The notes: generated from the sequence alone by a model not told the origin. Counted from the first letter of the stretch, positions 49,271-59,714 are shown. The stretch is 64,000 nt of DNA from Candidatus Poribacteria bacterium (GCA_965116925.1 OZ220744.1:1-64000), one strand, 5' to 3'. Numbers and translations: made by a program.

Positions 49271-50713
49271 TTACTCCCCTTGTAGATGTTGGATTAACAT
49301 ATTTCGTGTTACTGGTTGGTCAAAGAACATCAGGTAGATTTGGAGGGTGCCGCTCCGGTCAGAGACAAATGCGAGTTTTTGCCCGTCTGGCGAAAAGGCA
49401 GGTTGTACTGAGACACCGATGCCGTTGGTGATGCGTCGTTCATTGGTCCCATCTATATCCATCAGATAGATCTCAATGTCATCCATCCGCCCGGAGACGA
49501 AGGCAATGGTTTTTCCATCAGGGGCAATCACCGGGCTGTAGCAGTCGTAAGGGTTGGGATTCAGATGTTTTTCATCACTGCCATCAACATTGATGGTGTA
49601 GATTTGATGAAGCGGCTTGCTACGACCGGGGGCGACGCGACGCGGGCCGGTGCCTTCTGGTCCCGCAGACACAAATGCGAGCCGTTCTCCATCCGGAAAA
49701 AAGGTTGAGCTGCCTTCGTCTGCCTCACTATCAGTAATGGGGATAGGGACGATTATGCTTCCCCTCATGTTTTCCAGATCAACGTCGTTCAAATCTAGGA
49801 GGTATAGGTCTAAGGTTCTATTCCTACTTGCCTCATAAACCACACGCTTCCACCCCTCCCTTAATCCACCCGCTAGCGGGGGGAAAAGGGGGGTTGATGG
49901 TGCACGGACACCCAATCCAAGTGGTAGCAGTTCGTGTGTTACTTCTCTATCGAGGTGAGTGGCATAAATACCCGCGTAGACCGGCGTTGTTCCATCGCTC
50001 TGGAGGACAATATGGATTTCGCCTGCACTTTTTGGTTCGCGGCTGTGCACTATATACCGTGAATCACCCAAAAATCTCGGAGTATCTTCATTAAAATCCG
50101 GTGTGAACGTTATCTGTCGGAGATTGCTTCCATTCACATCCATCAGATAGATTTCACTGTTACCCAAGCGGGACGATGCAAAGGCGATCTGTTTGCCATC
50201 GAGGGAGAAGTTCGGGGAGTAGTTATCTGGATTGCCCTTTGTGATCTGAGTCACTTGATAAGCATCACTGACCAGTCCTGCGACCTGTTGTATCACCGCG
50301 CTATCCGATGTAGAATGGACAATCGCGCGCAGTTGATTGACCCCCTCCTTGCGAACCCCCAATCTCAGATAAATCTTCGCTAGCTGCAGTCGTGCCATCG
50401 CGCGATCTTCGGGCTGGGCAACGTATAATCGAATTGCAGCTTTGAACTGGGGAATCGCGCGATCGTAGTTTTCCAGTGCTTCATGTGCCTGTGCCATCAA
50501 GATCCGGGCTTTCGGGTTCCGGTCGTCGGCTGCGATGACCTGCGTAAGCAAGGGAACTGCTTCATCATGTCTACCTGAACGGATTAGCTCCTCACTCTGT
50601 CGGAGGGATTCGTCTGTTCCATCGCAGCCGATGACGAATAGGGAGGATAGCAAAGTGCAACATAGTGTGTGAAATATGATGCGTGATGCGTAATGCGTAA
50701 AACGAAAGATCGT
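49271..50713 (-). CDS. Lipoprotein with N-terminal TPRs and TolB-like (PD40) beta-propeller
   Basis: Lipobox VIGC, TPRs, repeated P.FSPDG..IAF.S…IY.M..DG. The ORF track starts at 50653; the frame stays open to an ACG at 50713 preceded by AGGAGG. Confidence 0.82.
   Translation of the reverse strand, partial: TIFRFTHYASRIIFHTLCCTLLSSLFVIGCDGTDESLRQSEELIRSGRHDEAVPLLTQVIAADDRNPKARILMAQAHEALENYDRAIPQFKAAIRLYVAQPEDRAMARLQLAKIYLRLGVRKEGVNQLRAIVHSTSDSAVIQQVAGLVSDAYQVTQITKGNPDNYSPNFSLDGKQIAFASSRLGNSEIYLMDVNGSNLRQITFTPDFNEDTPRFLGDSRYIVHSREPKSAGEIHIVLQSDGTTPVYAGIYATHLDREVTHELLPLGLGVRAPSTPLFPPLAGGLREGWKRVVYEASRNRTLDLYLLDLNDVDLENMRGSIIVPIPITDSEADEGSSTFFPDGERLAFVSAGPEGTGPRRVAPGRSKPLHQIYTINVDGSDEKHLNPNPYDCYSPVIAPDGKTIAFVSGRMDDIEIYLMDIDGTNERRITNGIGVSVQPAFSPDGQKLAFVSDRSGTLQIYLMFFDQPVTRNMLIQHLQGE
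50670..50704. repeat. Degenerate heptamer array
   Basis: TGAAATA-TGATGCG-TGATGCG-TAATGCG-TAAAACG. Confidence 0.7.
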
Positions 50714-50818
50714 CTGCTTTGCCTCCTTCCTCTGAAGAGGTAGTCAAGGTGAGGTTGAGGATGATATTTAACCCAAACGCCTCCAGATGCTTCTTTGACG
50801 CATTTGTGCTGAATTTGT

Positions 50819-52033
50819 TTATTCGTGTCTGAGGGCTTCAATCGGGGATAACTTCGCTGCTTTCCATGCCGGATACGCCCCAAAGAAAACGCCGATCCAC
50901 GCCGCAACGAAAAACGCTACCGCCGTATACATCGGTGAAATGATCGTCCGCCATCCCCAGATTGATGGCACCATTTTTGACCCGAATATCCCAACGCCAA
51001 TGCCAATCAGCCCCCCAAGAATCGACAACGTCATTGCCTCAATCAGAAATTGGATTAGGATGTCATGACGTTTGGCACCGACCGCCTTCCGCAAACCTAT
51101 CTCCCGCGTCCGTTCCGTCACCGATACCAACATGATATTCATAATCCCAATCCCACCGACGATCAGGGACACAATTGCGATGCCCATAATCATGTAGGTG
51201 AACGTCTGCCCCGATTCTTCCAAAGTCTCAAGGAACTCCGTTTGATTCCGCACGTTAAAATCGAGTTGCTTGTTAGCAGGGAGTTTGTGCTGTTTCCGCA
51301 AGAGATCCTCAATTTCAGCTTGGGCTGGCTCCATTGCCTCACTACTGATCGCTTGTGCGTTGATACTTGATAGATGATCCCTGCCAAAAACTCGTTTCAT
51401 TGCCGTTGATACCGGAATAAAGACTTGGTCATCCGGATTTCGCCAACCGCTCGCCCCTTTTTCCTTCATGATGCCAAGCACCCGGAAGTTAAGTCCCCGA
51501 ATTTTGACCGTCTTGCCAATCGGATCTATCCCCTCGCCGAACAGTTCATCAACGACTGTCTTGCCCAACGTGCATACCCGCCGCCGAGTCCGCACATCGT
51601 TCTCGGTGAAGAACGCGCCTTTCTCGACAGGGAAATTTGCTGTTACCTGATACTCCGGCGTTGTACCGACAATCGTCGTATTGTGGTTTTTGTTCCCGTG
51701 CTTGATCTGTGTGCGTGAGGATACCTCCGGTGTAACTAAGAGAATGTTTTGGGCGCGTTCCCTCAACACCATAGCATCTTCGTACTTCAGGCTCTGGCGA
51801 TCCTGCCCCGAACTGCGTCCACGAAAACGACTCTGACCCGGACGGACGGCGAGGATATTCGCTCCGAGCGTCTGGATGCGCTCCGTGATGTCCGCTTTTG
51901 CCCCCTCACCGATTGAGGTGGTGGTCATAATCGCTCCCACGCCGATAATGACACCAAGCATCGTCAACGCCGATCGAAGTTTGTTTGCTAATAAACTGCG
52001 TAGCGCGTTTGCTAAACTTTCGAGCGTTCCCAT
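50819..52033 (-). CDS. MacB/FtsX-family ABC transporter permease
   Basis: NKLRSALTMLGVIIGV, GGIGIMNIMLVSVTERTREIGLRKAVGA and PAWKAAKLSPIEALRHE motifs. Confidence 0.95.
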   Translation of the reverse strand: MGTLESLANALRSLLANKLRSALTMLGVIIGVGAIMTTTSIGEGAKADITERIQTLGANILAVRPGQSRFRGRSSGQDRQSLKYEDAMVLRERAQNILLVTPEVSSRTQIKHGNKNHNTTIVGTTPEYQVTANFPVEKGAFFTENDVRTRRRVCTLGKTVVDELFGEGIDPIGKTVKIRGLNFRVLGIMKEKGASGWRNPDDQVFIPVSTAMKRVFGRDHLSSINAQAISSEAMEPAQAEIEDLLRKQHKLPANKQLDFNVRNQTEFLETLEESGQTFTYMIMGIAIVSLIVGGIGIMNIMLVSVTERTREIGLRKAVGAKRHDILIQFLIEAMTLSILGGLIGIGVGIFGSKMVPSIWGWRTIISPMYTAVAFFVAAWIGVFFGAYPAWKAAKLSPIEALRHE

Positions 52034-52055
52034 CTATACGATTCCTCCCTTACTG

Positions 52056-54110
52056 TTACCGGCCTCCTCTTCCGCCACCGGCACTTCGCTGCATCCGTCT
52101 CATTGTCGAAGCCGGATTGCCCATCATACGTCTGAATCGTTCCATGTCTCCACCGCCTCTGCGCTCGAAACCACCCACAGCGACTGCCTGTCCTTCGCTT
52201 AAACCAGAGATGATCTCTGTCCTATCAAAACTGCTCACGCCAGCTTCAATAGGTTGTGGACGTCCCGGCTGACCATCCTCGCCGATGACACGGACCATTT
52301 TTCGGTTCCCGAAAGACAAAATCGCTTCATTCGGGAGAACTAGTATATTCCGTTTATTCGTGGCGGCGATTTCGACAGTCGCATTCATCCCCGGCTTCAA
52401 GAACGGGGTATCCGTCTCTTCGGACGGGGTTTCCTCACGCGCAGCTTCTTGCGTCCCTGCGTCACCGAAGAAGCTGTCTGCCATAGCCATCCACGGATCA
52501 GGTGCTTCTGTAGGATCGGCAGCCGCTGCATTCTCGTTGGAGATTTCGGTAGTCTCTGATGGTGTCGCTTCATCCTGTCGCTGCCGACGCATCTGTCGAA
52601 AACGTTCTCGCTGCTCCGGCGTAAATTCGCCCCGACTCTCACCTTGGGGGAAACCGCCACCACCGCGATCCGTGAATCCACCGCCTCTCCCCCAACGCCC
52701 TCGGCCCCTTGGACGCGTATTTGTAATTTCGGTGATAACTTTGAATGTCGTTACGTTTTGAACCACCTGCCCTTGTGGTGCAATGCGAAGTACCTGCCCT
52801 TGCAGCGGCTGGTCCGGGTAGGCTTCGACGGTGATGGTCACAGATTGACCGACTTTCACCTTGCCGATATCGGTTTCGTCAACCTCCGTTGCCACATAAA
52901 CCTTTTCGAGATCCGCCATCGTTGCGAGCACCTGCCCTTCGGACGAGACAGAGCCGCCTCTACCTCCCCCGCCAAAGCTGGAGACTATTACCTGTCCTTC
53001 CTCCACCCTTTTTTCTAGAATCGTTCCGGAGATGGGCGCACGAATAACCGTATCGTCATAGCTTTCTTTTGCAAGTTGCAAAGCACTCTCGCTGCGCATG
53101 AATTGTGCCCGGGAACTTTCAAGATCTTTTTCCTTCAGATCGATCTGCTTTTGGTTGGCAAGTGCCAACTCCAAAGCATCCTTGGCTTGTGTGACACGAA
53201 GCTGCTGAATCTCTATCTCCATATCCCGATACTTCTCTTTCTCAATCTGTTCTTTCGCTGCGCCAATGGCGAACGCGGCTTTCTTAATCTCAGCTTCTGA
53301 GAGTTTTAATTCCGCTTCACTTGCCGGTTGTACCACTAGCTTGGCTTGCTCCACAGCCGAGTCGTATTGCGCTTGTGCTGAGTTACGCTGCGTTTCAGCA
53401 GCGTCGAGATCTGATTTTGAGATATATTTCTCCTCGAAAAGTTTCTGTTTTCGCTCATATTCCTTTTTGGCAAGGTCAAAGTTGGCTTTTGCCTGAGTTA
53501 CGCTAGCCTCTGCACGCTTCTTTTCCTCCTCTCGCACCGTTTTAGATGTTAGAAGATCGTATCGCAACTTTGCCATGTCGTGGCTATTTTCTGCATCTTC
53601 TAATTGGCGTTTATTGGTTATTTTTTCAATCCGTATCTGTTCTCTGAGTTGTTCCAACTGTTTTTCTGCCTCAGCTAACTTTTCTTCCGCTTGTTGGATC
53701 TGAATCTTAGTTTGTTCCTTTTGCAATTCGATATTAATCTCCGATTGGTCAAGGCGTGCTTGAGAGGCGTTAAAGTCCGCTTTTGCCTGCTCCAGATCCG
53801 CTGCAACATAGGTGGTTTCGATACGCGCAATAACGGCGTCTTGTTCCACATAATCCCCTTCTTCAACGGTGATTTCTAAAATTTTACCGCTGGCTTTGGA
53901 GCTTACTTCAACAATGTTAAGCGGCTCAATGGTCCCGGTGGCGTCAATTGTCACCTCAATATTGCCCCGCTCAACCATAGCGGTCTTGATTTCGGGTGCG
54001 CTGTTGGCTTCCTCCCTGGTTGCCTTGGCGCGCTGAATCCACAGCAGCACACCGCCGGATATCAGGACCACGACAGTAAGTGCTATGACAATGATCCATC
54101 TTCTTTGCAT
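52056..54110 (-). CDS. MacA-like periplasmic adaptor (membrane fusion protein) with long coiled coil
   Basis: N-terminal TM, V.SK.SG.I....VEEGD.V, IRAPISG, VDETDIGKV..GQ, LKPGM.A and GL.EG motifs. Confidence 0.9.
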   Translation of the reverse strand: MQRRWIIVIALTVVVLISGGVLLWIQRAKATREEANSAPEIKTAMVERGNIEVTIDATGTIEPLNIVEVSSKASGKILEITVEEGDYVEQDAVIARIETTYVAADLEQAKADFNASQARLDQSEINIELQKEQTKIQIQQAEEKLAEAEKQLEQLREQIRIEKITNKRQLEDAENSHDMAKLRYDLLTSKTVREEEKKRAEASVTQAKANFDLAKKEYERKQKLFEEKYISKSDLDAAETQRNSAQAQYDSAVEQAKLVVQPASEAELKLSEAEIKKAAFAIGAAKEQIEKEKYRDMEIEIQQLRVTQAKDALELALANQKQIDLKEKDLESSRAQFMRSESALQLAKESYDDTVIRAPISGTILEKRVEEGQVIVSSFGGGGRGGSVSSEGQVLATMADLEKVYVATEVDETDIGKVKVGQSVTITVEAYPDQPLQGQVLRIAPQGQVVQNVTTFKVITEITNTRPRGRGRWGRGGGFTDRGGGGFPQGESRGEFTPEQRERFRQMRRQRQDEATPSETTEISNENAAAADPTEAPDPWMAMADSFFGDAGTQEAAREETPSEETDTPFLKPGMNATVEIAATNKRNILVLPNEAILSFGNRKMVRVIGEDGQPGRPQPIEAGVSSFDRTEIISGLSEGQAVAVGGFERRGGGDMERFRRMMGNPASTMRRMQRSAGGGRGGR

Positions 54111-54191
54111 CGACTATCCTCCTTTGTTGCCAAGACAGAGATCTGGGGAGAATGGACGAATCCATATCTCCCCTTGTTCCTAGGTTATGAG

Positions 54192-54674
54192 TTAGCGGCC
54201 TCTGCCGCCGCCACCCCCTCTACCACCACCGCGATTCATCATCTGCCCCCTCCGCTTCTGGGCGAGTTCGTCAAGTTTGGTTATCTGCTCTTCGGTCAAA
54301 ACTGTTTTCAAATCTGCCTGAAACCCACTGCCAATCTTCCCGAAGGCTTCGCGTAGTGCGCTGCGATCCTCGGATTCACGAGCTTCTTTGAGAGTTTTCT
54401 GCAGATTATCACGATGTTTCTGATAAACTGGACGGGCTTTGATGAGTGTTTCATCATCGACCTTGAGAGAAAATGTGAGGTCTATCCACGAGTTGTCAAT
54501 AATTGAGGTGGGATTAAAGGCACGCATTCCGCCTCCACCACGTCTTTCGCCTCCACCACCACCGCGCATTCCGCCGCGGTCTGGACGTTGGGCTTGGGTA
54601 ACTTGATTGGTCAGGAAAACGGTAATTGCTGCCATTGCGAGAATCGCTGTGAGTACGAACCATCTGCGTTTCAT
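54192..54674 (-). CDS. Small exported helical protein (Spy/CpxP-like) with RGG-rich ends
   Basis: Signal peptide, 'VLTEEQ' LTxxQ motif, Gly/Arg tracts; AAGGAG SD. Confidence 0.65.
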   Translation of the reverse strand: MKRRWFVLTAILAMAAITVFLTNQVTQAQRPDRGGMRGGGGGERRGGGGMRAFNPTSIIDNSWIDLTFSLKVDDETLIKARPVYQKHRDNLQKTLKEARESEDRSALREAFGKIGSGFQADLKTVLTEEQITKLDELAQKRRGQMMNRGGGRGGGGGRGR

Positions 54675-54943
54675 GGTAAAATCTCCTTCTTTTTTATCAA
54701 ATGAATGTTGGATTAGTGCCGAACCACGGAGTTATTATCAATAATATGTAGGTTTCGGCTATAATCTTGTGTCTCTGCTCCTTTGGGCAGATAAGTTTGG
54801 ATTAAGTTCGCACTTTTTTAAGAAAAATGAATTGGGGTACTATCAACCCAGTTCGGTGAACGAGGAGGGGAGTGAGCGAGGGAGCATGGAGGCGAGTGAA
54901 AACACACGTTCACACGCTTCCTTACATACCCACTACCTCTTGC

Positions 54944-56983
54944 TCATTCTATAGGTCGCCAACGAATTGCTTGGACACGCGGCATATACTGAAAGCCCTC
55001 CGGTGTCGCGGGACCTTCGCTGCCCCAGTTGCGCTCCGATCGCTCACCGACAAGTGTAAGAATCATCCCCGGTTTGCCATCTGCCAGATGGGGTGGTAAA
55101 ACGCAGCTACCAGAGTACCCCGGATACGAAGGCGTTGCGGTCATGAAATACAATTCGTCGCGCCAAGTTCGTCCTTCATCGCAGCTCACCTTCGCTCGCT
55201 CGCCACCGCGATATGTTGGCCCACGGTGCGTATAAAGAAAGACAACCCGCCCGTCCGGCAACTGTACGCCACCGCCGTGCATCTCTTCTAGCAGAAACGT
55301 CGCCGGACGCTGACTATGCCACGTCCGTCCACTATCATCCGACTCAGCCAGCGTGACGCGCTTCGTGTAGGAGGAGAGATTGCGAGCACCTTGAAACCGC
55401 TGCCACAAACGCCACGGACCTTCATTGCGAAACGGACGTTGTAAATCATTAGGCGGTACCCGCGGATTGTTACGGCAGAAGGCGAGTAGTTTTCCTGACT
55501 GTAATTCAAGAATTTGCGGCTCACCCCCCGGACAGATTGGTGAACCAGCCGACCATGTCGTGCCGCCATCGGTTGAGCGGAACGCATGTACGGTAAGTGG
55601 ACCCGCTGCCGTCTGAGAGCTGATAATGCCGACCGGTATAATCAGCGATTCATCGTGTAACTGTTCAATCCCCCCGACCTGCGGATGTTCGGAGGACTCA
55701 ATTTTGCCGAGCGGCTGCCATGTCCTCCCCTGATCGCTTGATCGCGATACTTGCAACATTTCGCCATCGGATTCCACCGCTAGGAACGTCCCGTCGCGCA
55801 ATACAGTGTTGACCGTCTTAGTCGTCTGTAGATTGTCCCAAGCTCGTCCACCATCACCGGTACGCATCACCGTGTGTCCATCGCTCATCTGCGCGTGGAT
55901 TTCGTCGTCGTCGGTAACAATCAACGTCGCTTGCGTGTCAGCGTACCAGTTCCGGTCGTTGGTCCACGGCAGCACACTCCGTTCAGCTGGTATTTCGTGC
56001 ACGGCACTGCGTTTCGTGTACACCACGCCCTGATAGGTTTCCTCGAAAACCGGATAGTTGACGAAGATGTAATCCTCCGGGCTGATCTGCTCTCCGTTTC
56101 CTGCGATAAGTCGAGCGCGGAACTCACCGATTAACGGGAAATCCAACGAGAGTCTACGTTCGATTCGACTAGGTGGGATGGGGTCCGTAAGCGTGTGGGT
56201 AAAGATTACGCGCCCTCCGACAAGCTCTCTGACCTCCAACGTGATCGGTTCGTTGACCGTCTCGGCTGCATGATTATATGTTGTCAGAGATAGTTTGAGC
56301 GGTCCGTCATTGAGGTGAATTAGCGAGCTGTCCCGCCGTCCCTGACGGGGTCGAGCTCCGGGGCATCCAGCAACCGCTGCCTCGACGTTTCGGCGTGTTT
56401 CAAACTCGGTTGCCTGTGGTCCCCGCTCCAACTGTGCGGCATCGAACCAAACGACCTCTCCCGGTTTATCTGCCGTAACCTTGAAGTCGACGACAGCGCG
56501 CTTTTCAAGTTCGTCCGTGCAGCAGGTAAATGAAAAACGCTGCCATTCCGTTGAAAGTGGCATGGCATAACTGAGCGAATCGGGGGACTGTGTAAAGTCT
56601 ACAGGACGCGTCCACAATCCCATCTCAAGTTTTGCCGATGCCTCATCGCTCCGTGCATAAACCGAAATGGTATATGGCCTACAGGGCACGATACCTACCA
56701 TCGGTGAAAGCAGATGCCCTACAGCGGTGCTGCCATTTACCGCCGTTTCATGAGGAGTAACCTCTGTCTCAACCCGCGCTGCACGTTCACCATCAACCGT
56801 CTCGTCCATAGCTACACTACGCGGCGGCACCTGCGGCACCTGAGTTATCCCTATTTCGTCGGGATTCAGATCGAGGTGCAGCTGTAAGGTCAATTCATTT
56901 TGTGTATCTCCCCAATTTGTCGGTACGGTATCACCTAAGTCGAGTTCAAAACTGGCGTTGGGTAGCAGATTTTTCGAGGGCAT
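54944..56983 (-). CDS. Sialidase-like BNR/Asp-box protein with N-terminal CBM4/9-like domain
   Basis: NLLPNASFE, YTISVYA, WQRFSF and WFDAAQLE motifs, then five Asp-boxes (TGDGGRAW, SSDQGRTW, STDGGTTW, SDDSGRTW, SCDEGRTW). Confidence 0.8.
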   Translation of the reverse strand: MPSKNLLPNASFELDLGDTVPTNWGDTQNELTLQLHLDLNPDEIGITQVPQVPPRSVAMDETVDGERAARVETEVTPHETAVNGSTAVGHLLSPMVGIVPCRPYTISVYARSDEASAKLEMGLWTRPVDFTQSPDSLSYAMPLSTEWQRFSFTCCTDELEKRAVVDFKVTADKPGEVVWFDAAQLERGPQATEFETRRNVEAAVAGCPGARPRQGRRDSSLIHLNDGPLKLSLTTYNHAAETVNEPITLEVRELVGGRVIFTHTLTDPIPPSRIERRLSLDFPLIGEFRARLIAGNGEQISPEDYIFVNYPVFEETYQGVVYTKRSAVHEIPAERSVLPWTNDRNWYADTQATLIVTDDDEIHAQMSDGHTVMRTGDGGRAWDNLQTTKTVNTVLRDGTFLAVESDGEMLQVSRSSDQGRTWQPLGKIESSEHPQVGGIEQLHDESLIIPVGIISSQTAAGPLTVHAFRSTDGGTTWSAGSPICPGGEPQILELQSGKLLAFCRNNPRVPPNDLQRPFRNEGPWRLWQRFQGARNLSSYTKRVTLAESDDSGRTWHSQRPATFLLEEMHGGGVQLPDGRVVFLYTHRGPTYRGGERAKVSCDEGRTWRDELYFMTATPSYPGYSGSCVLPPHLADGKPGMILTLVGERSERNWGSEGPATPEGFQYMPRVQAIRWRPIE

Positions 56984-57033
56984 ATATAGAGGGCCTCGCG
57001 TTTGGAATGGCAGCGTTTCCGTCTATTGCGTGT

Positions 57034-59646
57034 TTAACCTGCGGCGAGTGCATCTTCCGCAGCCGGATCCGGCACTGTGAATGTGAGTTCATCATTTTTT
57101 GCCGCAATCAGCAAATGATCCCCATCACGTACCTCGTTTTGGATAACCTGCATCGCTAGCGGATCAATGATGCGCTGCTGAATGACTCGTTTAAGGGGGC
57201 GTGCACCGTAGGCAGGGTCATAGCCTTCTTCGATAAGGAGATCCACCGCCGCATCCGTCATCTCAATCGAGATCTTTCGTTTAGCGAGCAACTGACGCAC
57301 GTTACCAAGCTGAATTTCTGCAATTTGACGGATGTGTTCGGTTTCTAGACGATGGAAAAACACCACTTCGTCAATCCGGTTCAGAAACTCCGGACGGAAA
57401 TGCTCACGAAGCGCAAAGGTCACCCGCTCACGCATCACTTGGTCATCCGTGATATTCAGAATCGAGTCGCTGCCGATGTTGCTGGTCATGATGATGACCG
57501 TGTTGCGAAAATCAACGGTGCGACCTTGACCGTCGGTGAGCCGACCATCATCGAGCACCTGCAGGAAGACGTTGAACACCTCCGGGTGTGCTTTCTCAAT
57601 TTCGTCGAGCAGCACAACACTGTAGGGACGGCGTCGGATAGCTTCGGTCAACTGACCGCCCTCGTCGTACCCCACATATCCCGGCGGTGCGCCGATTAAG
57701 CGTGCTACAGTGTGCTGTTCCTGGTACTCGCTCATGTCAATCCGCACCATGTTCTGCTCATCATCGAACAGGAATTCCGCCAACGCACGCGCAAGTTCGG
57801 TTTTCCCCACACCCGTCGGTCCTAAAAAAATAAACGAACCGATCGGACGATTCGGGTCTTGTAAGCCAGAACGACTTCGTCTCACCGCCCGCGCCACCGC
57901 TTCAACGGGACCGTCCTGCCCGACGATTCTGTTATGCAGCCGTTTTTCCATCTGCACCAGTTTTTCGATCTCACCTTCTAGCAGTTTACTCGCCGGAATT
58001 CCTGTCCACTTACTGATAATGGCGGCGATGTCTTCGGAATCTACCTCTTCCTTTAGCAGGGCACCATCGCCCTGAAGTTGTACAAGTGCCGCTTCGGCGT
58101 CAGCAAGATCATTCTCTAACTGACGGAGATGACCATAGCGGAGTTCGGCAGCTCGCTGTAAATCGGTCTGACGCTCTGCTTCCTCAATTTGCAGATTGAC
58201 TTGGTCAATCTGCTCGCGGATACCACGTACCTTCTCGATTGCACTTGTCTCAGCTTGCCAACGGACGGACAACTGCGTGCTTTTCTCTTCAAGATTGGCA
58301 AGTTGCTCTTCAATTTTTGCCAGCCGTTCTTTGCTCCCTGCGTCCTTCTCCTTTTTCAAGGCTTCTCGCTCGATCTGCAGCTGCATGACCTCTCGATCAA
58401 CGGTGTCCAATTCTGCCGGTTTGCTATCAATCTCGGTGCGGAGTCGGCTCGCTGCTTCGTCTACAAGGTCAATTGCCTTGTCCGGCAGAAAACGATCGCT
58501 GATATAGCGGTGGCTCAAGGTTGCAGCGGAGATCACTGCGCTATCGGTGATACGGACGCCGTGATGTACCTCGTACCGCTCTTTGAGACTACGCAGGATG
58601 CTGATGGTATCCTCAACGGAGGGTTCATCAATATAAACCGGTTGGAACCGGCGTTCAAGTGCCGCATCTTTTTCGATATGCTTACGGTATTCGTCGAGCG
58701 TGGTTGCACCGATGGCGTGGAGTTCACCGCGCGCTAGCATCGGCTTGAGCATGTTGGACGCATCCATCGCACCTTCGGCTGCCCCCGCGCCGACGAGGGT
58801 GTGCATTTCGTCAATAAAAAGAAGAATCTGTCCGTCGGCACTCTGAATCTCTTGTAGCACTGCCTTCAGACGTTCCTCAAATTCACCACGATATTTTGCG
58901 CCGGCGACCAACGCGCCGAGGTCAAGCGCAACAAGCCTTTTCTCTTTCAGACCGAGTGGAACATCACCCCGCACGATGCGTTGTGCAAGTCCCTCGACGA
59001 CAGCGGTTTTACCAACACCCGGCTCACCGATGAGTACCGGATTGTTTTTTGTGCGCCGGTTCAGAATCTGGATCGTGCGCCGAATCTCTTCGTCCCGACC
59101 AATCACGGGATCTAGCTTCCCTTTACGGGCTTCCTGCGCCAGGTCACGACCGTATTTGACCAACGCCTCATACTGGTCTTCGGGTGTCGGGCTGCTGACC
59201 CGTTGGGAGCCGCGAATACCCATTAAGGCATCCATGATGCTCTGTTCGTTCACGCCAAAGATGGCTAACAGTTCGCGGACTGTAGATGTCTTCGCCTGTA
59301 CCATCGCTAGCAGAATATGTTCGGTGGACGTGTAGTCGTCCTTCATCTTATCGACGATTGCCTCTGCCGCGTCGAGAATACTAACTATGTCCCGATCCAT
59401 TCCAACTTGAACCGATGCACCTGTGGCGCGTGGCATGCGATCCAACGTCTCATCGATCCGCTGTTCCAGCGTATCGGTATCCACACCAATCCGTTTGAGA
59501 ACAGATGGAACGACACCGCCTTCTTGCTCAACTAGCACCTTGAGCAGATGTTCCGGTTTGACCGCCGGATGGTTGTACTTCTGTGCCAAATTCTGCGCTT
59601 CTAGAAGTGCCTCTTGACCCTTTTGTGTAAATTTGTCAATGCGCAT
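57034..59646 (-). CDS. clpB: Chaperone ClpB
   Basis: Two AAA+ modules ([17 protein letters not shown]), a long middle coiled coil, [11 protein letters not shown] and GARPL. Confidence 0.98.
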   Translation of the reverse strand: MRIDKFTQKGQEALLEAQNLAQKYNHPAVKPEHLLKVLVEQEGGVVPSVLKRIGVDTDTLEQRIDETLDRMPRATGASVQVGMDRDIVSILDAAEAIVDKMKDDYTSTEHILLAMVQAKTSTVRELLAIFGVNEQSIMDALMGIRGSQRVSSPTPEDQYEALVKYGRDLAQEARKGKLDPVIGRDEEIRRTIQILNRRTKNNPVLIGEPGVGKTAVVEGLAQRIVRGDVPLGLKEKRLVALDLGALVAGAKYRGEFEERLKAVLQEIQSADGQILLFIDEMHTLVGAGAAEGAMDASNMLKPMLARGELHAIGATTLDEYRKHIEKDAALERRFQPVYIDEPSVEDTISILRSLKERYEVHHGVRITDSAVISAATLSHRYISDRFLPDKAIDLVDEAASRLRTEIDSKPAELDTVDREVMQLQIEREALKKEKDAGSKERLAKIEEQLANLEEKSTQLSVRWQAETSAIEKVRGIREQIDQVNLQIEEAERQTDLQRAAELRYGHLRQLENDLADAEAALVQLQGDGALLKEEVDSEDIAAIISKWTGIPASKLLEGEIEKLVQMEKRLHNRIVGQDGPVEAVARAVRRSRSGLQDPNRPIGSFIFLGPTGVGKTELARALAEFLFDDEQNMVRIDMSEYQEQHTVARLIGAPPGYVGYDEGGQLTEAIRRRPYSVVLLDEIEKAHPEVFNVFLQVLDDGRLTDGQGRTVDFRNTVIIMTSNIGSDSILNITDDQVMRERVTFALREHFRPEFLNRIDEVVFFHRLETEHIRQIAEIQLGNVRQLLAKRKISIEMTDAAVDLLIEEGYDPAYGARPLKRVIQQRIIDPLAMQVIQNEVRDGDHLLIAAKNDELTFTVPDPAAEDALAAG

Positions 59647-59697
59647 AATAATTCCTCCTGATGTGTATTGCGTGAAATATCAATCATAACTAAGTCA

Positions 59698-59714
59698 CGC
59701 AAATGACATGCCAA
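59698..59714 (-). promoter_or_regulatory. Sigma-54 (-24/-12) promoter of clpB
   Basis: Minus strand reads TTGGCATGTCATTTGCG, with exact GG-N10-GC spacing, about 50 bp upstream of the ATG. Confidence 0.7.

Noticed and set aside
56325..56358. Possible second coding palindrome insertion in the sialidase-like gene
   Set aside because: The stem is short and imperfect (CCGTC/GACGG) with no second copy in the window, so chance cannot be excluded.
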